64,000 nucleotides of DNA from an uncultured bacterium (lineage in GTDB: Bacteria > Hydrothermota > UBA3072), in assembly GCA_964606065.1 (NCBI GenBank), contig CAZSEX010000001.1, positions 959 through 64,958 on the forward strand, written 5' to 3'. The translations under genes were made by a program, and so were the position numbers. The notes under the pieces are model-generated. The model saw nothing but the letters and a program-made list of their open reading frames with translations, made no database searches and was not told where the DNA came from. This document shows positions 29,138 through 36,057 of this stretch, piece by piece; the first letter of the stretch is position 1, and every line of letters starts with the position of its first letter.

Positions 29138-29584
29138 ATGAGACAACCATTCCAGGTTTTAGTTATTCCCTTCCGTCATACTTCTACCGGATTTGAGTTT
29201 GCCGTGCTTAAAAGAAAAGATGAGAATTACTGGCAGTTTGTGGCTGGAGGTGGAGAAAATTTAGAGACAATTATTGAAGCTGCCCGGCGTGAGACTCAAG
29301 AGGAAATTGGAATTACAGGAGAATTGTTGAAGCTCGATTCCATGTCGAATATACCTAAGAATTGTTTTGCGGAATCGGAATCATGGGATAAAAATATTGA
29401 TAAAATTCCCGAACACTGTTTCGCTATCGACGCTACCAATTTAGAAATAACACTCTCGTTAGAACATACCCAAATAAAATGGGTTTCTTATGAAGAAGCT
29501 TGTAATCTGCTTAAGTGGGACAGCAATCGTAAAGCCTTACACGAACTAAATAATAAATTAAAAAACAACAAAAAAATACAATAA
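29138..29584 (+). CDS. NUDIX hydrolase.
   Basis: Nudix box GGGENLETIIEAARRETQEEIGI, which is G-x5-E-x7-REUxEExGU. Confidence 0.75.
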   Translation: MRQPFQVLVIPFRHTSTGFEFAVLKRKDENYWQFVAGGGENLETIIEAARRETQEEIGITGELLKLDSMSNIPKNCFAESESWDKNIDKIPEHCFAIDATNLEITLSLEHTQIKWVSYEEACNLLKWDSNRKALHELNNKLKNNKKIQ

Positions 29585-29590
29585 AACATA

Positions 29591-29805
29591 CCAACCCTTA
29601 TATCTTAAGTATACTCACAATTAAGAGAAACATCAAGGGGAAAATGCGTCTTGCGTCAGGCGTCGTGAGTCAAAACAGCTCACGGCTTACAGCCGACTGC
29701 TAACGGCTTTTAAACTAACGTATCTACTCTCACATTTTTTAAAATGTCTTGTCCGAGAGCCGTAAGCGGTCAGCTGATAGCTGATTTTCTCGTGCAAATC
29801 TGTGG
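29591..29805 (-). repeat. Repeat R3, copy 1. Read on the minus strand it ends with a promoter-like TTGATG-N17-TATACT, then a degenerate RBS and an ATG.
   Basis: Shared with 31961-32045 and 34199-34466. It contains internal imperfect inverted repeats (gctcacggcttacagc / gccgtaagcggtcagc). Confidence 0.65.
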
Positions 29806-29884
29806 CTATTATTAAGGGTATAGTGTTTAGGGTATAGGGTATAGTAAAAACAAAAATCTTTGTGTTCTTTGTGAAAATTAGTTT

Positions 29885-30778
29885 TTATTCAATAATTTCC
29901 AAAAATATAGATTCTATCCAACCACATTTACAAGCACTGCTATCTCTGCTCTGATAATCGTATACAAACTTGGCGTTAGCGTCCATGGTAACGAACCACC
30001 AAAGATTTTGAGATTTATCCTGAAATTTTGCATAGACTGTACCTGTACCGCCTTTTGCCAACTTGGCAATAATGTTACCATATAAAGGCTTATTATCAAA
30101 ATCATCATATGGTCCATTATACTTATTATTTACTTCCGGAGACATTCGCAGACAGGTACTGTCAGATTTTACATGAAAATTTTTTTGGGGGATTCTTTCG
30201 TAGTTATCCGGAAAATCAGTCCATTTAAAAAACTCATATATTTTAGATTCTATATATTTTAGTCTGTTGCCTTTAAATCCCGGCGAAAGGACCTTTATAC
30301 TGCCCAATTCGCTATCACAACATAAACCAAATACAACTACGAAAGTATAATTTGCTCCATTAGTAGAGTCGACTAAAATTTTAGCTATATCTCCTCCAAG
30401 AACTGCACCTATTTTAAATTTATCAATACAATTCTCCCACAAAATACATAATCTTTCCTCTCCTGCGCCAGCACCATTATAAATGAGATCATTATTCCCA
30501 TCATTCGTGAAATCAAGTAACTTATATTTCATTGGGAGCCACTCAGAATATTCTGGGTGAAGAACAGTTTCAAATGTATAGGCATATTCAGGAGAAATTT
30601 CGAGAATATTTCTTATAGAGTCGAATTTTTCGATACTCATCTCAGGCAAACTATCGAAAGCAATCTGGTTATATTCATGAAATAATATTTCAGGAATCTC
30701 TTTCTTAGCCTCAACAGCAAAAATAGGGAAGGAGGAAAATAAAAGAATAATAAAAATGGGTTTTTCAACTATCTTCAT
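29885..30778 (-). CDS. Secreted hypothetical protein with an N-terminal signal peptide.
   Basis: N-terminus MKIVEKPIFIILLFSSFPIFAVEA. No catalytic motif recognised. Confidence 0.45.
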   Translation of the reverse strand: MKIVEKPIFIILLFSSFPIFAVEAKKEIPEILFHEYNQIAFDSLPEMSIEKFDSIRNILEISPEYAYTFETVLHPEYSEWLPMKYKLLDFTNDGNNDLIYNGAGAGEERLCILWENCIDKFKIGAVLGGDIAKILVDSTNGANYTFVVVFGLCCDSELGSIKVLSPGFKGNRLKYIESKIYEFFKWTDFPDNYERIPQKNFHVKSDSTCLRMSPEVNNKYNGPYDDFDNKPLYGNIIAKLAKGGTGTVYAKFQDKSQNLWWFVTMDANAKFVYDYQSRDSSACKCGWIESIFLEIIE

Positions 30779-30953
30779 GGTATATAAATCTTACCAATTT
30801 CTAAAAACTTGTCAAGGTAGTTAGGTTTAATTAAAAACAACAACTTTGTGTTCTTTACGAGCTTTGTGTGAGTAATCAGGTATTAGGGTTTCGGCCTTAG
30901 GTTTTAGATAAACAATTAAGATTTAGTTTGTTTTGTGTATTTCGTGGTTAACC

Positions 30954-31517
30954 CTATTTTCTCTTATGCTTATATTCACGTTTTAGCATCGAGTATACCA
31001 TTGCGTCGAGGAATCTGTCTATCTTAAACATGTTCTCTCTTAGCGTTCCTTCAAATGTAAAGCCCAGTTTTTCTAATAAAGATTTTGATCTTTTGTTCTG
31101 AGGTTGAACGGTTGCCGAGACTTTATGTAAATCTATAATATCTGTTGTGTTAAATCCATAATTTAATATCTCATTTACTGCTTCAAAAGCATATCCTTTA
31201 CCCCAAAACTCCGGTATAAGAGCATATCCAACCCATGTTTTATAATTACAGAAATCCCAGCCGTTAAATCCGCAGTCTCCGATATATTGATTGCTTTCTT
31301 TTAAAGTTATTGCCCAACGTATACCTCTTTTCTCGTAGTATCTGGATTTAAGTTCCTTTAATAATTCGTCTGCTTCTTTAATATCTTTCATTTCATCCAG
31401 GTCATAATATCTTGTCACTATTTCTCTTGAGAAATTCGCGAAAAGATTTTTTGCGTCTTTATCATTGAATTCTCTTAATATCAACCGTTCTGTTTCTAAT
31501 ACCGGAAATTTTTTCAT
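30954..31517 (-). CDS. GNAT family N-acetyltransferase (RimJ/RimL-like). The start is moved to MKKFPVLETERL.
   Basis: ETERLILREF and WGKGYAFEAV are GNAT motifs. RBS aaggga lies before the ATG at 31517. Confidence 0.65.
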   Translation of the reverse strand: MKKFPVLETERLILREFNDKDAKNLFANFSREIVTRYYDLDEMKDIKEADELLKELKSRYYEKRGIRWAITLKESNQYIGDCGFNGWDFCNYKTWVGYALIPEFWGKGYAFEAVNEILNYGFNTTDIIDLHKVSATVQPQNKRSKSLLEKLGFTFEGTLRENMFKIDRFLDAMVYSMLKREYKHKRK

Positions 31518-31539
31518 TTTGTATCCCTTCATTACAAAT

Positions 31540-31933
31540 TTACATAAACCATTCAATATCCTTGTTCCAATTTTGTTTGCCATGTTTGATTCTATCATCT
31601 AACGATGTTGAATGTATCTCTAATTTATTGCCGCTTGGGTCGAAGAAATAAAACGAATCTCCTTCCGTTTTGTTTCCCTGCCATTCTTTTGCGCCATAAT
31701 TTTTTATTTTATTCTTTAAGTTATTAAAGTCTTTAGGTTCTATGTTAAAAGCTATATGGCTGTATTCACTCGTACTTTCCTTATTCTCATCTTTTACAAG
31801 TGCTATCCAGAAGGTCCCAGCCTGAAAATACGCGCTTATTTTGGATTTCATAATTGGTTTTAATTCGAGAACATCTTTGTAAAATTTAAAAGATTTGTCT
31901 ATGTCTTTTACTGATAAAGTAATATGATTTATG
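31540..31933 (-). CDS. Second FosX/FosB-like VOC enzyme. The N-terminal 27 codons are present in-frame, but ATG is replaced by ATT/ATA. It is either a non-canonical start or a pseudogene.
   Basis: In-frame upstream translation gives EIIDGINHITLSVKDIDKSFKFYKDVLELKP, matching the 21116 paralog. The alignment GGAGGttggtATT here versus GGAGGttggtATG in R3 copy 3 points to this as the start position. Confidence 0.5.
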
Positions 31934-31960
31934 CCATCTATTATTTCAATACCAACCTCC

Positions 31961-32045
31961 TATATCTTCAGTATACTCACAATTGAGAGAAACATCAAGG
32001 GGGAAATGCGTCTTGCGTCAGGCGTCGGGAGTCTCGAGTCAAAAC
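31961..32045 (-). repeat. Repeat R3, copy 2 (truncated). It supplies the promoter and RBS for the FosX-like paralog.
   Basis: Sequence identity to the 3' part of R3 (ccaacctcctatatcttcagtatactcacaattgagagaaacatcaaggggg...). Confidence 0.65.
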
Positions 32046-32095
32046 TATACAGAAAACATTAATGTGTATAAGTGGCTAATTGTTTTTTGATAAAT

Positions 32096-32587
32096 TCATA
32101 TATTTAAATCTTTTACCTCTGTTTTGAACAAAGTCATAATATCTATTCTTATTTTTCGGGATGTATGTTTTAAGAAAAAGTAAAAAAACCAGGTATAAAT
32201 TAAAGCAATAAGTGAAGCTTGATATAAAATCAGTGCTTCGGATAATCCAGCAGCCATAAGAGTAAAGTTTACTGTCCCGGCAAGAGCAATTGCGTCGAAA
32301 GCGTTACTTATATTTTTAATAATAGAAAGAATTAGAAAGAGAGGGAAAAGAATCCCGCAGATTTTCATAAACGCAATTGGCGCATATGTTGTTTGCATGT
32401 TTTTGAGTAACTCTTCATTCATTTTGGTCTTGGATTTAAAAGAATTTGATTCTAATAAATCGACAAATTTCCTTTTGGCTTCGAATAATCTCCTTAGGCC
32501 CCAAATAGTACCAATAATTGCCGCAAATACAGGGATAAAAATGCCAATTATATTATTAAAAACATTTACAAAATATGCTACTTGCAC
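32096..32587 (-). CDS. Small MotA/TolQ/ExbB-family proton-channel-like membrane protein (163 aa, GTG start). It is an orphan: no ExbD/TolR/MotB partner is adjacent.
   Basis: NAFDAIALAGTVNFTLMAAGLSEALILYQASLIALI matches the ExbB/TolQ C-terminal signature. RBS AGGAGG lies 5 nt before the GTG. Confidence 0.5.
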   Translation of the reverse strand: MQVAYFVNVFNNIIGIFIPVFAAIIGTIWGLRRLFEAKRKFVDLLESNSFKSKTKMNEELLKNMQTTYAPIAFMKICGILFPLFLILSIIKNISNAFDAIALAGTVNFTLMAAGLSEALILYQASLIALIYTWFFYFFLKHTSRKIRIDIMTLFKTEVKDLNI

Positions 32588-32819
32588 CTTTCCTCCTTTT
32601 ATGAATAAATTTTACTGATTTTCATCAATTATAAATTATTTAATCTTTCGTATTCTTTTATCTTATAATTCATCCCAACTCAATCTCTTCCCCGCATTCC
32701 GGGCAGATTATTTTCTTTTTCTTTCCTTTCCTTAGTTCTTCCGAAAAACCGGAGACGAGACTTGCCGTATCTCCCTTTTTCGCCTTTTCCAAAATCTCAT
32801 AAATACGTTTTTTTATTGT

Positions 32820-34139
32820 CTATTTCTTTTGCTCTATCGCTTTCTGAAGTTCTTTTATTCTTTTTTTCGCACTGCGTATTTGTTCTGTATGTTTAAGATT
32901 GGCGTACTTGATAAAATCCTCATAAGCATCAATTGCCTCTTCTTTTTCACCTGTATCTTCATATGTAATGGCCATGTTAAAATAAGTCTCGGCACTCTCT
33001 GGATCTGAATCCAAGGCTTTTTTATAATCTTCAATAGCTCGCTCATATTCGCCCATCTCTGCATATGTATTACCTCGATTACAATATGCTTCAGTAAAAT
33101 TTTGGTCCAATTCTAAAGCTTTATTAAAGTTTTTAATCGCTCTTTCGTACTCACACATAATAAGATGAACATTCCCACGATCATTATATGCTCTCTTGTA
33201 TTCTGGGTCTAGTGCTATTGCTTTATTAAAATCCTGAATTGCCAGTTCGTATTCACCTCTCTTATAGTGTGATATCCCACGATTATTATAAGCCATGGTA
33301 TATTTCTGGTTTAAAGACAATGCTTTATTGTAATCTTCGATTGCATGTTCATAATCACCTCTTGCAGCATATGTAAGGCCTCGATTATTATATGCCTTAT
33401 CGTAACCGGGATTTAACTCTATGGCTTTATTGTGATCTTTAAGAGATCGAACATAATCGTATAAAAGATAATATACATTCCCTCTGTTATTGTAAGCACT
33501 CACAAAATCCGGATCCAATTTCAATGCTTTATTGTAATCCTCAATTGCTCGTTCATGTTGTCCTTTAGTAGTATATGCGTTCCCTCGATTGTTATAAACC
33601 CAAATATCCACTGAGTTTAACTTTATTGCCTTACTGTAATACTCTATTGCCAAATCAATACTACCAATATTTTGATAAGAAAGACCTATATTATAGAACA
33701 ACTTACTTTTCCCCTTATCCTTCATACATCCGCTATACTCTAAAGCTTTCTTAAATATCTCAATGGATTTCAAATAATTGCACTGGGCTCCCACTGAAAT
33801 CCCCTGCCCCATAAGCAAAAGTCCAAGTAGTTCATTTTTTTGAGAAGAAGGAAGATTAGAAGCTTCTCTATATAGCCGATATGATTCTTTGTATTTTTCT
33901 CTGCGGAAAGAAGAATCAGCCTTTTCAACTTTAGCTCTTATTGATTCATCTTTTGAAACATGTTCTGCGATGCCATCCCGAAAAGTTTGTAGATTTTTCT
34001 CCAGTCCCATTATTTTCTTATCTAATAATTCTTGATTCTTAAGGATTTTATTTGTGTCTTTTTTAGAAGGTGCTATAAGACCAAAATATATTGTAATTAT
34101 TAATGCAACTACGCCAACTATACCAAAGACTATAGCCAT
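32820..34139 (-). CDS. TPR-repeat protein with an N-terminal TM anchor.
   Basis: N-terminal hydrophobic helix followed by about 9 TPRs (AY.NRGN.Y periodicity). Confidence 0.7.
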   Translation of the reverse strand: MAIVFGIVGVVALIITIYFGLIAPSKKDTNKILKNQELLDKKIMGLEKNLQTFRDGIAEHVSKDESIRAKVEKADSSFRREKYKESYRLYREASNLPSSQKNELLGLLLMGQGISVGAQCNYLKSIEIFKKALEYSGCMKDKGKSKLFYNIGLSYQNIGSIDLAIEYYSKAIKLNSVDIWVYNNRGNAYTTKGQHERAIEDYNKALKLDPDFVSAYNNRGNVYYLLYDYVRSLKDHNKAIELNPGYDKAYNNRGLTYAARGDYEHAIEDYNKALSLNQKYTMAYNNRGISHYKRGEYELAIQDFNKAIALDPEYKRAYNDRGNVHLIMCEYERAIKNFNKALELDQNFTEAYCNRGNTYAEMGEYERAIEDYKKALDSDPESAETYFNMAITYEDTGEKEEAIDAYEDFIKYANLKHTEQIRSAKKRIKELQKAIEQKK

Positions 34140-34198
34140 AGCTCTATAAATAAATACCTATATTAACTTCTGTCAATTTCACAAACTCGTTTTTTCAT

Positions 34199-34466
34199 AC
34201 CAACCTCCTATATTTTCAGTATACTAACAATTGAGAGAAATATCAAGGGTTTTTTAGGTATAAAGGTTTTTGGTCTTAGGTTTTAGAAAAAACACAAAAA
34301 GGATTAGTCTTGCGTCAGGCGTCGTGAGTCAAAACAGCTCACGGCTTACATCCGACTGCTAACGGCTTTTAAACTAACGTTTCTCCTCTCGCATTTTTTA
34401 AAATGCCTTTGCCGAGAGCCGGCAGCCGTAAGCGGATAGCCGATTTCTTCGTGTCTTTGTGGGCTT
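34199..34466 (-). repeat. Repeat R3, copy 3 (the longest, with a ~60-nt insertion). It is upstream of the TPR gene.
   Basis: See 29591-29805. Its 3' end reads GGAGGttggtATG. Confidence 0.65.
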
Positions 34467-34530
34467 TGTGGTTCAATTACTTAAAAACAATTCGTGCTAT
34501 TATTTGTTGTTAAAAAACCCAAAATCTTTG

Positions 34531-34656
34531 TTAAGTTGAGTGAACTTTTTCTTTTTTTGTTAAATGCCCGAATTTTTTTTTCAATAATTCGAGCTGTTCT
34601 TTTTCTGAAAGTTTAGATATTTTTTTTTCAGTTTCTTTTTGAAGGCGCCTTTTCAT
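34531..34656 (-). CDS. Possible 41-aa Lys/Glu-rich small ORF overlapping the PIN stop.
   Basis: ATG at 34656 reads MKRRLQKETEKKISKLSEKEQLELLKKKFGHLTKKEKVHST. There is no strong RBS. Confidence 0.2.
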   Translation of the reverse strand: MKRRLQKETEKKISKLSEKEQLELLKKKFGHLTKKEKVHST

Positions 34657-34666
34657 CTCAACGGCA

Positions 34667-35123
34667 TCAAACTTCTTCTTCACTGAGTACCTCCTTCGGG
34701 CTTCTTATTTCAAGAATATGATATCCCGATTTCAAGTTTACTGAATTCAATAAATGAATTCGATTTATATTTACGATATGTTTAAAATTCCAGCTTACAA
34801 GAACATCTACCCTATTTACTGTCGCAATTGCTATGTGACGAGCATCCGAGAGACTACTTTCCGCTATAACTCCTTCTTTAAGATAAGTATTTGCAAGAGA
34901 AATGAATTCCTCATCGAGAGAAACATATTGAATCCTTTCAGGCAGGACCTCGTCTAAAACCCTTTTAACTTCTCTAGGAGCCCCTTCAAGTTCAAGCAAA
35001 AGAACATCTGATACAACCGCTATCTTTTTACCTTCTTTAATCTCTTTAAAAAGCTTCATGGAACTCCTTGTCTAAACTACCCCCCACTACCGAAGTATCA
35101 ATGTAAACTCGTAATTTAAACAT
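34667..35123 (-). pseudogene. PIN-domain (VapC/PIN_3-like) gene interrupted by a +1 frameshift at an A5/T5 homopolymer (35046-35050).
   Basis: The upstream frame encodes MFKLRVYIDTSVVGGSLDKEFHEAF* (canonical PIN N-terminus). It continues in the +1 frame as KEIKEGKKIAVVSDVLLLELEGAP... Removing one T restores a single 150-aa PIN protein. Confidence 0.6.
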
Positions 35124-35340
35124 TAAGCATTACCTCATGTTTAAAATAATAGTATTCTAACGAATTGTCAAGGAAAAACTCCTTCTATAAAGGGGCCGGG
35201 GTTTGTTTTTTGAATTTCTGTGGTTTAATAACAAAAAAATTTAGTGTATTTTGTGTGTTTAGTGGTTAATCCTAGACACCGGGTTCCGGATACCAGGAAA
35301 ACAAGCTTATTTAACGATAACAAATAAGATTTTCCTAATT

Positions 35341-35682
35341 TTACGATTCAAGTTCTTTTAAAATATTGCTAATTTTATCTTTAAGCTCGGGAATAGCTTT
35401 TTGAATTGTGGTCCAGATTATTTTTTTATCTAATCCAAAGTACTCATGAGCAACTATATTTCTCATAGAACGCATCTTTTGCCAGGGTATATCTTCGTAA
35501 TCAGCTTTTATTTTATCTGAAAGTTGTATCGAAGCTTCTCCGACTATTTCAAAGTTTCTGGCTACAGCATCAAAAACTAAAATATCATTCTTGAAATCCT
35601 CGAAATCCATACCCTCTGTAAATTTTAAGATCTTTTCTATTGCCTGTAGTATATCGTTTAAGTAAAGATATTCTTCCCTCAT
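35341..35682 (-). CDS. hepT: HepT-like (DUF86) RNase toxin.
   Basis: R-x4-HxY motif (RNIVAHEY), and a 4-nt overlap with the upstream MNT gene. Confidence 0.7.
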   Translation of the reverse strand: MREEYLYLNDILQAIEKILKFTEGMDFEDFKNDILVFDAVARNFEIVGEASIQLSDKIKADYEDIPWQKMRSMRNIVAHEYFGLDKKIIWTTIQKAIPELKDKISNILKELES

Positions 35683-35966
35683 ATATAGACAATTTCTTTC
35701 ATTATATTATCTTTCATCAGCGGCTTTATTGCATCCCGGGTCACTAAATCCACCTTTCTTGAGAGATATTTAGAAAGGAAATCCATAAGGTCTATATATT
35801 CAAATATGTCGATATCCTTATCAAATTCGACTAAAATATCTATATCGCTATCCCGGGCTTCTTCTCCTCTGGAAAATGAACCAAAAACTCCAATCCTTGA
35901 TACGCCGTATTTTTCTTGGAGCTCAGGCTGTATATTTTTTAGTTTTTGTTTAATTTTCTTTAACAT
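35679..35966 (-). CDS. mnt: Minimal nucleotidyltransferase (MNT) antitoxin of a HepT/MNT module.
   Basis: GVFGSFSRGEE...DSDIDILV is the G-S-x9-13-D-x-D nucleotidyltransferase motif. Confidence 0.7.
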   Translation of the reverse strand: MLKKIKQKLKNIQPELQEKYGVSRIGVFGSFSRGEEARDSDIDILVEFDKDIDIFEYIDLMDFLSKYLSRKVDLVTRDAIKPLMKDNIMKEIVYI

Positions 35967-36057
35967 AAATTTTTCGACTCCCTTATCTCAATTAAAATAA
36001 TAAATTCCATTGTTTATGTCAACACCAAAAATCTTTGTGTTATTTATGCCTTCGCGG

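Noticed and set aside
32676-32819. A 47-codon in-frame continuation after the TAG stop of the TPR gene, ending IICPECGEEIELG. It could suggest stop-codon readthrough or an alternative genetic code.
   Set aside because: There is only one CxxC pair, so it is not a complete zinc ribbon. All other long ORFs terminate normally with TAA, TAG or TGA, so code reassignment is not supported. A TTG-initiated 41-aa peptide remains possible but is unsupported.
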